From the IMG/VR virus record IMGVR_UViG_3300002092_000043, positions 1-64,000 of that record: DNA of 64,000 bases; one strand, written 5' to 3'. Below, piece by piece: positions 55,253-64,000 of this stretch (the first letter of the stretch is position 1; every line of letters starts with the position of its first letter). The stretch is from an uncultured virus (IMG/VR IMGVR_UViG_3300002092_000043). Taxonomy: Duplodnaviria; Heunggongvirae; Uroviricota; Caudoviricetes. A model generated the notes under the pieces. That model was not told the DNA's origin. It made no database searches and was given only the letters and a program-made list of their open reading frames with translations. A program made the translations under genes and the position numbers.

Positions 55253-56246
55253 TATACAAAGCCTCCGAAATCATTTCTTCTACTACTGGCTGAGGTACTT
55301 GCAAGATAAATGCCGCATTATCCTGATACCCAAATGAAACAATTAGGTCACCTTCGTATTCTGCAATTCCGCAAACAAACTCTATCTTTGCGTCTAGAAA
55401 TGACCACTCAATAGGAGAAATACCAATAAGTTGAAAGCCTTTGTTCCACACACATAGGCGATGGCGGTAAACACCATCTTTCTGCCCCATGTAGTTCTTG
55501 CTGAGGACAACTTCGTGTGTGATAGCGATGTACATGTCGCCCCACTTAATTAACTGAGAACCGCCACGTTGGTCAGTAGGAGGTGTCACACCTTCTACTA
55601 CCGCCAGTTGTTCGCACACCGCTGGTAAGTGTGGCTTAGTTCGTACTACTTCTGTGGGAGATGACCATTTGATATAAACGTACGGTTTATCAAGAACGGG
55701 CATCCAGTTTTTAGAGCAGTAACCTACATCTTCTCCTGGCTCAGGAATACGGATACGTGAAACTTCTTTAGCAGTCCATTGTTCTTTATCAATATGTAAC
55801 TCCGATAGTTCCATGCGACCTTGACCAGTAGTGGTGGTATCTCTACGCACACCCGTGCCGTAGTACTTACCTTCCCACTTTACTAACCTTGCATCTTCAA
55901 GACCAACAAACTCCCAAATTGGCTCATGAAGATTGAGCATTTCTATTTTGCAATAGTTAACGATATTAAAGTCTTTATCTAATTTACATAGGTAATTTTC
56001 AGTGCGTAACTTCTGGTCTTTCTCTGGGTGCAAGTAAGAAAGAGGACCCCAGATACTGGGGAAGCGTTGGTCGTTCTCAGCGTGGTAAAGCGTGTAGTTG
56101 ATGTGTCGGAGAATGCACAGAATGTCACCATCATCGTCTATAAATATGGATGGGTTCATTAGCCCAGTTCCACCTGTAACATCAGCAGGGATAATAAGAG
56201 GTGTTAATTTTCCACCCTGTGAAACTGCTTTCTGCACCAAGTTCAT
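55242..56246 (-). CDS. Five-bladed beta-propeller glycosidase/phosphorylase-like protein (GH130/GH43-like)
   Basis: NPS, GLEDARL, KNWMP, RGGS, EF.CG, SFG.QD; start re-called at MNLVQK. Confidence 0.7.
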   Translation of the reverse strand: MNLVQKAVSQGGKLTPLIIPADVTGGTGLMNPSIFIDDDGDILCILRHINYTLYHAENDQRFPSIWGPLSYLHPEKDQKLRTENYLCKLDKDFNIVNYCKIEMLNLHEPIWEFVGLEDARLVKWEGKYYGTGVRRDTTTTGQGRMELSELHIDKEQWTAKEVSRIRIPEPGEDVGYCSKNWMPVLDKPYVYIKWSSPTEVVRTKPHLPAVCEQLAVVEGVTPPTDQRGGSQLIKWGDMYIAITHEVVLSKNYMGQKDGVYRHRLCVWNKGFQLIGISPIEWSFLDAKIEFVCGIAEYEGDLIVSFGYQDNAAFILQVPQPVVEEMISEALYNGN

Positions 56247-56259
56247 GGGGCAAAGACTA

Positions 56260-56865
56260 CTACATACCACCTAGCATAAGTACTGAAGGTAGTGGGTCAG
56301 ATGAAGCGGTAGCCCACTGAGTTCCTGAACCTGTAGAGGTAAGTACCTGCCCCGATGTACCTGCTCCAGTAACGGCTACGATTGAACCTGTTCCTGTGAT
56401 GTAATCAAAGCCTGAGAATTGATAGTCCCAAGATGCTGCAGTGGTACCTGAAGTTGAGGTAACAATAAAGACACCGCTAAAACCTGTCTGCAAAGTAGCA
56501 ACAAGGTTTCCACCAGAAGAGTTAATCGTCAAAGACTGTGTGCTGTTGTTAAGGATTTGAAACGCAAAGCCAAGAGAAAGTGTACTAACTACAGGCAGTA
56601 CAATTGTCTGTGTTGATGTTCCTGTAAAGTTTTGAGTTGTCTTACTTGTAGCAGTAAGAGTAGTGGTACCTGCTGCAGTAGCGGTAGACGCATAGGAGAT
56701 ACCTCCACCACCTGCGTAAGCGATGCTGGTCCAAACAGTTGTACCATCACCAATTTTAAACTGGTTAGTATCTGTCTCAAAACCGATTTCGCCCGCTGCA
56801 AGAGTTGGGTTATTGGTCGTCCAGTTAGCCGCTGTGTCACGGCGTTGCTGCATTCTAGATGTCAT
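56260..56865 (-). CDS. Fibre protein with Mtd/hyaluronidase-type N-terminal domain
   Basis: RRDTAANW...NP.L..GEIG.ETDT..FKIGDG...W. Confidence 0.8.
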   Translation of the reverse strand: MTSRMQQRRDTAANWTTNNPTLAAGEIGFETDTNQFKIGDGTTVWTSIAYAGGGGISYASTATAAGTTTLTATSKTTQNFTGTSTQTIVLPVVSTLSLGFAFQILNNSTQSLTINSSGGNLVATLQTGFSGVFIVTSTSGTTAASWDYQFSGFDYITGTGSIVAVTGAGTSGQVLTSTGSGTQWATASSDPLPSVLMLGGM

Positions 56866-56881
56866 TGAAGACCTCTCTCAA

Positions 56882-59872
56882 TTAGAAACTTACCGTTGAC
56901 GCACCAGCGTCAATTGTGTAAGTCCACGTAGTGCTATTGCTTGATGTAACTCCTGCGTCATAGATTATATCTGTTCTGATTGCTGCTGAACCGCCATCTA
57001 GGTAATTAACTATGTAAGCGTTACCATTAATACCCTGGATACCTTGTGCGCCTACTGTTCCTTGCGTGCCCTGTGAACCAGTAGTACCAGTTGTACCCTG
57101 CAGTCCTGTAGCGCCCTGAGAACCAGTGGCTCCAGTAATTCCTTGAGTACCTGCTGGTCCCTGTGCTCCTGTGGCTCCCGTTGTTCCTTGAGTTCCTGTT
57201 GCACCCTGGGTTCCAGTCGCTCCAGTCGCCCCTGTTGTTCCTTGGAAACCAGTAGTGCCTTGAGTTCCAGTCGCTCCAGTTGTTCCTTGGGTACCGTTAG
57301 TTCCAGAATAACCTTGAAGACCTTGGGTTCCTTGGACAGTTCCGCTTGTAATAAGCGTTGCAGAAAAGTTAGTGCCAGAACCAGCAGAGTTACCTTGCTG
57401 AAGACTTTGGGTGTTTACTGGAGACCATGCTGTGAACTCAAGGTAATCTGTAGAACCATTTAAGTAAATAACTTTACTAGCAGCCATAAAGTATGGGTTG
57501 TTAGCATCAGGGGTACGTTGTTGGATAGTTTCTGAGTTACCATTTTTACGAATCTGTGTGTTGGTCTGACTGGTGCTGCTAAGAGACGACCATAGAGTGT
57601 TAAAACTTACGTAATAGTATCCAGCAATTGTTGGCTTAAATTGTTTAGATGTGGCATTCCACCAACCTTGTGGGTCAGCATACCCAGTAAACGCAACAAG
57701 AGTATCTGTTGATGCACTAGACAAAGATTGATTTCCACCCAAAACACCGATAGCAGTGTAATTAGTAGCGGTGAGCATTCCACCGTTAAGTCCTTGGAGA
57801 CCTTGAATACCTTGCGTACCTTGAGCACCAGTTGTTCCTGTAGTTCCTTGAGAACCTGTTGCTCCTTGGGTACCAGTACTTCCTGTAAATCCTTGTGTTC
57901 CAGTAAAACCTTGAGCACCTTGAGTTCCTGTAGCACCTTGGGTTCCTGTAGTTCCTTGTAGCCCTTGAGTGCCTTGAATGGCGTATGCAACTTGAGTTGC
58001 GGTAAGGATAATTGAAGGAGTAACTGGAGTTGCAGGATTTGTTCCCGCAGAAATTGTTTCTATAGAAACAGTCGTGCTTTCTGCCTTCCACATAAAGGTA
58101 ACAACGTCATTATCATTAAAGGTATAGACATAATTAACAGTCTCAATTATTTGCCCATTAACTCCACCGTGAGAGTTAGGTACAGTCATTTGACTGTTTG
58201 AATACGGAGCATCTACTCCGTTAATTCTTAACCATAAATTGGCGTTATAGATAGACGATGCAGTGTTAACTAATTGAACAGAGATAGTTATGCTGTAAGT
58301 TCCTTGATGTAGGAACTTAATAGAATTTCCACCTTGTGTAATAACACCGTTGTTTTCATAGGTGTTGTTTATGCTTAAGGGGTAAGAAGTTGTTGAGTTT
58401 GCAACAGTTTGAGTTGTTGTGTCGTAAAACGAGCCATAGTAAGCAATAGTTCCACCAGCGCCTGTGGCTCCTGTAGCACCTTGTGCACCTACACCGCTAG
58501 CCTGTGTCCATTGAATGGCATCTGTACCGATGCGGATAGAACCATCTGGGTTAGAACCGTTGGAGTACATAAGCCAAGCGGTTTTACCGTAGGTAGTACC
58601 GTCAGTAACAAATACGTAGTCGCCCTCTTCTACCTGTGCAGCAACATGGTTATCAGCATCCGTTGCACGGGTCAACTTCCACAGTGTACTTGCGCCACCA
58701 GTTTGCGTTACTGTGTAGATACCGTTTTGGGTTTGGGTTGCTTGTCCCGCAATCAGAACACGGTCACCAACAGCCAATAATGGGATGGTGTAACCGTCAA
58801 TAGAAAGTGCACCATTGCTTGTAGCAATGATGTATGCACCAACACCAGTACCGTTGCTAGCATCAGCAGAACCGTTGTAATAAGTAGCGCCATTACCCAG
58901 AGGCGTTGTTTGTACAGCCTCTACAGATTGGTGTGCGTTCTGAGATGAGACAGGGCCAACTGCACCTTGAATACCCTGTGTTCCCTGAACACCTTGGCTA
59001 CCAGTAGTTCCTTGAGAACCGATAGCGCCTTGAGAACCAGTAGTTCCCTGAGAACCAGTTGCTCCAGTAAATCCTTGCAATCCCTGTGAGCCAGTGGCTC
59101 CTTGTGAGCCTGTAAAACCTTGCGCTCCAGTAAACCCTTGAGTACCCGTTGTACCTTGGTTACCAGTTGTTCCCTGAGTTCCAGTAAAACCTTGTGCTCC
59201 TTGAGCACCTGTGTTTCCTTGTGAACCAGTGGCACCAATTGCTCCTTGAGTTCCAGTAGCACCAGTTATTCCCTGTGTGCCGTCAAAACCTTGGGCACCA
59301 ACTGCGCCCTGTGCACCAGTACTTCCAGTTGAACCTTGAGACCCCGTGAATCCTTGAGCGCCTTGAATACCCGTAGTACCTTGAGGTCCGTTAGTACCTT
59401 GAGTTCCTGTGTAGCCTTGAGCGCCTTGAGAGCCAGCAGCAGCAATCTTTGTCCAAGAAAAAGTGTAATAAGGTTGATATCCAGAGACGGTATTAATGCA
59501 TACGTAAGACTCTCCGCCAAAAGTTACAACATCATAAGGATAGTATGTGGTCTCAGAATCCCATTCACCTCGGAATGTAAAACCTTGACCGTCAGTACCT
59601 TGAAGGCCTTGTGCACCGTCGGTTCCTTGTAGTCCTGGTTCACCCTGCGGACCCTCTGTTCCTTGAACACCTGGTTCACCTTGTGGGCCTTGAGCACCTT
59701 CAGTTCCTTGTATACCTTGGGCGCCCTGCAAACCAGCAGAGACCCATTCAGAGCCATCCCAAGTGTAAAGAGCATTGTAAGTCGTATCAAAATAAACATC
59801 GCCAAGAGACGGACTGCTTGGCGGAGTCGCCAAATGCAGTACGTTAAGCGGTGTTAAAAACCTACGGCTCAT
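56882..59872 (-). CDS. Collagen-like (Gly-X-Y) fibre protein with several globular domains
   Basis: Long GAQ/GTQ/GTT triplet runs; GDRVL..Q...NGIY; C1q-like [18 protein letters not shown]. Confidence 0.88.
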   Translation of the reverse strand: MSRRFLTPLNVLHLATPPSSPSLGDVYFDTTYNALYTWDGSEWVSAGLQGAQGIQGTEGAQGPQGEPGVQGTEGPQGEPGLQGTDGAQGLQGTDGQGFTFRGEWDSETTYYPYDVVTFGGESYVCINTVSGYQPYYTFSWTKIAAAGSQGAQGYTGTQGTNGPQGTTGIQGAQGFTGSQGSTGSTGAQGAVGAQGFDGTQGITGATGTQGAIGATGSQGNTGAQGAQGFTGTQGTTGNQGTTGTQGFTGAQGFTGSQGATGSQGLQGFTGATGSQGTTGSQGAIGSQGTTGSQGVQGTQGIQGAVGPVSSQNAHQSVEAVQTTPLGNGATYYNGSADASNGTGVGAYIIATSNGALSIDGYTIPLLAVGDRVLIAGQATQTQNGIYTVTQTGGASTLWKLTRATDADNHVAAQVEEGDYVFVTDGTTYGKTAWLMYSNGSNPDGSIRIGTDAIQWTQASGVGAQGATGATGAGGTIAYYGSFYDTTTQTVANSTTSYPLSINNTYENNGVITQGGNSIKFLHQGTYSITISVQLVNTASSIYNANLWLRINGVDAPYSNSQMTVPNSHGGVNGQIIETVNYVYTFNDNDVVTFMWKAESTTVSIETISAGTNPATPVTPSIILTATQVAYAIQGTQGLQGTTGTQGATGTQGAQGFTGTQGFTGSTGTQGATGSQGTTGTTGAQGTQGIQGLQGLNGGMLTATNYTAIGVLGGNQSLSSASTDTLVAFTGYADPQGWWNATSKQFKPTIAGYYYVSFNTLWSSLSSTSQTNTQIRKNGNSETIQQRTPDANNPYFMAASKVIYLNGSTDYLEFTAWSPVNTQSLQQGNSAGSGTNFSATLITSGTVQGTQGLQGYSGTNGTQGTTGATGTQGTTGFQGTTGATGATGTQGATGTQGTTGATGAQGPAGTQGITGATGSQGATGLQGTTGTTGSQGTQGTVGAQGIQGINGNAYIVNYLDGGSAAIRTDIIYDAGVTSSNSTTWTYTIDAGASTVSF

Positions 59873-59891
59873 GGACGCCCTTTACTAGTTG

Positions 59892-61973
59892 TTAGCCAAC
59901 CACCACTACTCGGAATTGGTTAACTGCTGGAGAGACAGCAAATGATACGTTAATCTTTGAGGTGCTAGCGTGTGTAACGTCCGCAAAAACTTCTTCTCCA
60001 GTGTCAGTATCGTAAATAGTTACAGACACATCTAAAGTCCCAAAGTTGTGGTAGATATCAAATGAGTTGTTGTCATCATCACCGATGGTCTGAGCCATTT
60101 TCTTGGTGAGGTAGGTGTAATCAATAATCTCAATAGCACCAGAGCCACCATTAATCTGAAGACCAGTACCAAGAGACGCAGCAAAACCATCACCGTCTAG
60201 TGTAAGTCCGCCACCTTCTTTAGCAACACCAGAGATAGTGTTTGAAGAAATGTCTATTCCATAGCCTGCTACGTATTCGCCAGCGGCTGAGAACTGTGTC
60301 CAAGTAGATGCTCCAGCAGTGAACGCTGTAACAATCCAACCCTGAGCAGCATAAGTACCTTCTTCAACGAGGACGTATGAGCCCTCCTTGATATCTGTAT
60401 CTGATGGTACAGTTGATGGAACAAGGGTTTGTGAATCGCTGCTGTAGATGTAGATGCCGTTTTCAGTAGCATCTGTTTGTGACTTAACGAGAACACGGTC
60501 ACCGTTAGCAATTCCAGTAACTCCACCAACACCGCCTGAAGCGTTTGCGGTAATGTCAATAGGTCCTTCAGTTGCCATACGAACTGAGCCAAGAACAGAA
60601 AGTCCTTGTGCAGTAGAGTCTACGTATGCCTTGTTAGCGGCATCGCCTGAGTTAGTAGGGTTTGGAAGATTTGTGATTGTATAACCATCAGAGTCAAGGT
60701 TGTTTCCAAGAGTTGCTGAGGTTAAAGTCTTGTTACTAAAAGTCTGTGAAGTACCGACTGTTGCAATTTCACGGTCTGGGTGGGAAGAAGTTGCGTCGTT
60801 ACCCCAGTGGATATATGCCTTACCTGTATGACCATACGCATCATTTCCTGGGTAAAGAACAATGTCGTTAACTGCACGAAGTGAAAGGTCATCAGCAGCG
60901 ATGAGGTGTGCGGTACCGATTGTAGAGACATCAATAGTTAGTTGTTCATCGCCATTGCTGTCACGGAATGAAGTAGTTCCAGTTACGAGTACGTTGTCTA
61001 AAGTCTTGTTGCTTAGTGTTTGAGTGCCATCTGTGATGACAACGTTTGAGCCTAAGTCAAGTTCCCCGTCTGTTACAGAGAGATTTGAACCAACAGAAGT
61101 AATATAAAGAGAATCATTGATGTCACCAATTGTTGCTACTTGGTTAGAGGCGTTTGCTCCTGCACCACCGTTGTTGTTCCAACCAATGTAGACCTTACCT
61201 GTTCCTGAACCAGATGTTGAACCTGTGTACAGGATGATGTTTCCATCGTTAGCATGAGAATCGGAAGCACCTGCACGAAGTGCAAGGTCTCCAGTTGCTT
61301 CAAGGTGAACTGTTGGGTAAGTGCTTCCACCACCAGTAGGATTTACAAAAAGAAAACCAGCAGGTTCGTTGTCTTCAGAACCAAGATTTACAAAACTGTT
61401 GATGTTAATAACGCCAGTTGCGTTGGTGTAAGTTCCGTAACCATGGTATTGGTCATTAGGAGAAAGGTTTGAGTTTACCTCAAGAACGTTAGTGCCAAGG
61501 TAATTCTTTACAGTAATAAAACCGCTATCTTCATCGTTCCAACCACCAACTTGAAGTGACTGGTCAATCTTTACATCTAGTGGAAGGCTAAGAGTTACAT
61601 CACCAGATGATTGGCTAACATTGACTTGGTTGGTAGTACCGCTGATAGAGTTTACATAGTCAGCGTTTCCTGGAACACCAATTTGAACCCAGGCGGTACC
61701 GTTGTCAACATAAAGTGTTTGAGTGTCTGTAGTTGCGTAAGCACGACCAGTATTTCCTGCTGCAGGAATGTCAGCGTAAAGACCAATCTGGATACTGCCA
61801 CCTGCTGTTACCCAGTTACTGCCGTCATAGATACGCAACTCATTGTGCACAGAGTTGTAGTAAGTGTGTCCCTTGCCGTATGGACTTGGGTTATCTGGAA
61901 GGTTTTGAACTGTAAAGTTCTGAAGTTCAAGCCCAGTAAGGCTTAGTGGGGTATAAAACTTACGGGCCATCAT
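59892..61973 (-). CDS. Tail/head fibre protein
   Basis: TQTL.NKTL repeats, DAANKAYVD, GDRVLVK.Q...ENGIY, C-terminal HN.G..D. Confidence 0.75.
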   Translation of the reverse strand: MMARKFYTPLSLTGLELQNFTVQNLPDNPSPYGKGHTYYNSVHNELRIYDGSNWVTAGGSIQIGLYADIPAAGNTGRAYATTDTQTLYVDNGTAWVQIGVPGNADYVNSISGTTNQVNVSQSSGDVTLSLPLDVKIDQSLQVGGWNDEDSGFITVKNYLGTNVLEVNSNLSPNDQYHGYGTYTNATGVININSFVNLGSEDNEPAGFLFVNPTGGGSTYPTVHLEATGDLALRAGASDSHANDGNIILYTGSTSGSGTGKVYIGWNNNGGAGANASNQVATIGDINDSLYITSVGSNLSVTDGELDLGSNVVITDGTQTLSNKTLDNVLVTGTTSFRDSNGDEQLTIDVSTIGTAHLIAADDLSLRAVNDIVLYPGNDAYGHTGKAYIHWGNDATSSHPDREIATVGTSQTFSNKTLTSATLGNNLDSDGYTITNLPNPTNSGDAANKAYVDSTAQGLSVLGSVRMATEGPIDITANASGGVGGVTGIANGDRVLVKSQTDATENGIYIYSSDSQTLVPSTVPSDTDIKEGSYVLVEEGTYAAQGWIVTAFTAGASTWTQFSAAGEYVAGYGIDISSNTISGVAKEGGGLTLDGDGFAASLGTGLQINGGSGAIEIIDYTYLTKKMAQTIGDDDNNSFDIYHNFGTLDVSVTIYDTDTGEEVFADVTHASTSKINVSFAVSPAVNQFRVVVVG

Positions 61974-61979
61974 GTCTCC

Positions 61980-62423
61980 TTATGACAGGTATGCAACGCC
62001 GCTAAACGCTGCAAGGAAAGTAACAGTTAAATTGTTCGGATTTGTGTACACGATTTCGCCCTCGCAAATTGCACCAGTAGAGTCCATTGTAGTGACGTTT
62101 GGATAGAAATTAAGGTTATGTGCAATAGTCCAAGTATCAGAAGCAACTCCTTGATTATGCCGATAAGCAATCTCTCGGTTGATTCCTTGAATACCTTGGA
62201 TACCCTGAGTACCAGTTGCTCCTTGGATGCCTGTTGTTCCTTGTAGTCCCTGGATTCCTTGAGGTCCACGAGAACCACCTTGACCAGGCTTTACTACAAC
62301 TGTTGACTGTGTACTTTGAGCAGCAGTTGGAGGAACAACATTGATTACGATTGGATTAGGTACTTGAACAGTAACTCCCTGGGCACCACAAGAACACGTA
62401 TTTTGGCAACCACAAGTTGTCAC
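61980..62423 (-). CDS. Short collagen-containing fibre protein
   Basis: GXQ triplets; W.I.HNL..YP.V..SG.AYL. Confidence 0.75.
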   Translation of the reverse strand: MTTCGCQNTCSCGAQGVTVQVPNPIVINVVPPTAAQSTQSTVVVKPGQGGSRGPQGIQGLQGTTGIQGATGTQGIQGIQGINREIAYRHNQGVASDTWTIAHNLNFYPNVTTMDSTGAICEGEIVYTNPNNLTVTFLAAFSGVAYLS

Positions 62424-63469
62424 ATTGTCACCTCACGAGTGACAAACACTGTTCCACGCATATAAGTCTTTTGATAAGTTGGGTCGTTGTCAGTTGTGGC
62501 TTGGATATCCCAGTAGCAACGTTCTGGAAGATTTGAAGTTTGTGTAGAGGTAAGGGAAAGAGTTAACTTCTGGTTGTTTCCATCAACAGGAGTTATAGTA
62601 AAGTGAGAGACAAGTGAAGGGTCTCCAGGTTGCATACGAATTTGAGATGCAAAATTGTATCCACTGATATCGAATGGAAAATCAAGTTCAACTTCAAACG
62701 AGTCTCCTTGGTACATAGTCAAATCGTAAGAAGGAACATCAGAAGGTGAGATAGCACTTCCGTAACTTGGCATCGAAAGAAGCGCACGTTGAGGCATAGA
62801 GCGGTCATCAACTTCTTGAGGCAAGTAGATTGGGACGTAACGGTTTGTGGTCTTAGAAGTGCGGCGAAGGGTGAATACGTCTATCTTGTAAAGGCCAATA
62901 CCAAGCATTGAGCAAAGTTCTTTATATTGAGTTTTACGCTCTTCAATCATCTGCATAAGTTGGCGGTAACGTTCAGAACGTGGGATAGCAACTCCATCAG
63001 GAGCAGTAATGTCAATGTCAAAAGAAGCGTCTGTGGCTAGGGTATAAAGCGCCAATGTAGATGCGTAAACGACTACTGGGTATTCTTCAATTCCTGGGAG
63101 AGTAGCGTAGGTATACCCACGACCATAAGCATCTGCGTGGTTAGCAATGTGTTGTCCAAAGGCTGTGTCTACAAATTGGCAAATTTCGTTATCAACAAAG
63201 TAGCGATAGTAAGTGCCTGAAAATACAACGACTGCTCCGGCATCTGGAAGGTCATCTAAAGTTACATACCCTGTTAACTCTTCGACTGTAGCGGCGTCTG
63301 ATACATCTGTATTATCTACATAAACCATCAAAGTGGTGCCATTTACAGGAGAGTAAGGAATGAGGAAACGATTAGTAGTGCCGTCAGCAATGATTTGGTG
63401 GACGAAAGACTTACCTGTGTCACCAATTTCAAAACGTAGACGGTCTGAAAGACTGCTTAGTGTAGCCAC
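62420..63469 (-). CDS. Head-tail adaptor/neck protein
   Basis: LRFEIGD..D.EI; C-terminal QGD..YWD.Q..G.V.V..EVT Ig-like module; synteny. Confidence 0.6.
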   Translation of the reverse strand: MATLSSLSDRLRFEIGDTGKSFVHQIIADGTTNRFLIPYSPVNGTTLMVYVDNTDVSDAATVEELTGYVTLDDLPDAGAVVVFSGTYYRYFVDNEICQFVDTAFGQHIANHADAYGRGYTYATLPGIEEYPVVVYASTLALYTLATDASFDIDITAPDGVAIPRSERYRQLMQMIEERKTQYKELCSMLGIGLYKIDVFTLRRTSKTTNRYVPIYLPQEVDDRSMPQRALLSMPSYGSAISPSDVPSYDLTMYQGDSFEVELDFPFDISGYNFASQIRMQPGDPSLVSHFTITPVDGNNQKLTLSLTSTQTSNLPERCYWDIQATTDNDPTYQKTYMRGTVFVTREVTM

Positions 63470-63517
63470 GTAACCTCCGTAAAACTTATGCCCATATCAT
63501 CTCGTATTATTTCTAAA

Positions 63518-63572
63518 TAAAAAGGTCCAACCCCCAACTGGGAGGAGGGCGGGAACCAGTTGAGGGTCGGAC
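63518..63572 (-). terminator. Long-stem terminator
   Basis: 17-bp stem gtccgaccctcaactgg / ccagttgggggttggac + ctttttat. Confidence 0.8.
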
Positions 63573-63591
63573 TACTTGCGACGGCCTAAGT

Positions 63592-63963
63592 TTAGTTAGG
63601 GCGCCAAATGTATCCAAGTTGTTCTAGATAATTTGCAAGATGTGATGGTACTCGGTACTTGACTCCTGCTTTAAAGGAGAATGAGTTTCCGACTCCGTAA
63701 GTCATCTCATCAATATCAGTAATAGTACGGATAATGACGGTGTCGTTTGCGACTGATACTCCGACATCTTCAATTTCATCTAGTACAAGGGGAGTCTCTG
63801 GACGTTTTGGGTCGAATACGTCATTCTCAAGACTCTCTGCCTCAACCTGCGCTGCGATAGAGATTTCATCTTTACGCTTGCGAAGTGCTTCCTGATTTGC
63901 TTTTGCTGCTTTTTCTGCTGCTAGACCTGTTGCATCTAACGGACTTGTTGGTTTATTTGCCAC
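63592..63963 (-). CDS. Hypothetical head-region protein
   Basis: 123 aa; AGGAG SD; GVKYRVP..LA..L..LGY. Confidence 0.7.
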   Translation of the reverse strand: MANKPTSPLDATGLAAEKAAKANQEALRKRKDEISIAAQVEAESLENDVFDPKRPETPLVLDEIEDVGVSVANDTVIIRTITDIDEMTYGVGNSFSFKAGVKYRVPSHLANYLEQLGYIWRPN

Positions 63964-64000
63964 GGTTATAATTCTCCTAAGTTAGTTGGTAAGTTAAAGT

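Noticed and set aside
46916..59872. Diversity-generating retroelement or shufflon acting on fibres
   Set aside because: An Mtd-like N-domain is present, but no reverse transcriptase, adenine-mismatched TR/VR pair or inverted cassettes are seen in this window.
2309..62278. Many + strand and alternate-frame ORFs in the track (e.g. 10208-10900, 17333-17830, 52544-52882, 57607-57990)
   Set aside because: These are shadow ORFs overlapping well-supported genes, often produced by Gly-codon repeats, with no motifs or RBS.

Overview
This window is a 64-kb segment of a large contractile-tailed (myovirus-type) dsDNA phage. An actinobacterial host is likely, inferred from WhiB, an SLT-type transglycosylase, and several genes whose start codon lies 6-7 nt after a TAnnnT -10 element. 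Layout: (1) 1-1.8 kb, short + strand block with the 3' part of a tyrosine recombinase, a secreted lytic transglycosylase and two small basic ORFs. Everything else is on the - strand. (2) 1.9-7.5 kb, class II RNR (NrdJ), a degenerate TGT/DpdA-like protein, an EndoVII-type nuclease, a degenerate HAD protein and a Pol-beta nucleotidyltransferase. (3) 7.5-13.4 kb, about 15 small, translationally coupled unknown genes with a conserved junction motif. (4) 13.5-29.3 kb, SpoVS plus a full replication/recombination module: RuvC, dNMP kinase, Cas4-like nuclease, WhiB, Hjc-like resolvase, RecA, PolA, SSB, SNF2, primase, DnaB, DnaC-like loader, and an HTH initiator with a probable internal origin. (5) 30-44.8 kb, baseplate, tape measure, chaperone, tube, sheath and neck. 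(6) 44.9-46.4 kb, tiny Lys-rich, Cys-rich and Asp/Glu-rich ORFs plus a second EndoVII. (7) 46.9-64 kb, a duplicated three-gene glycine-rich adhesin-like module, a TPR/beta-propeller pair, collagen-like fibres and a head-tail adaptor. No tRNA, rRNA, CRISPR array or reverse transcriptase was seen. All family assignments come from reading motifs by eye, not from database searches.
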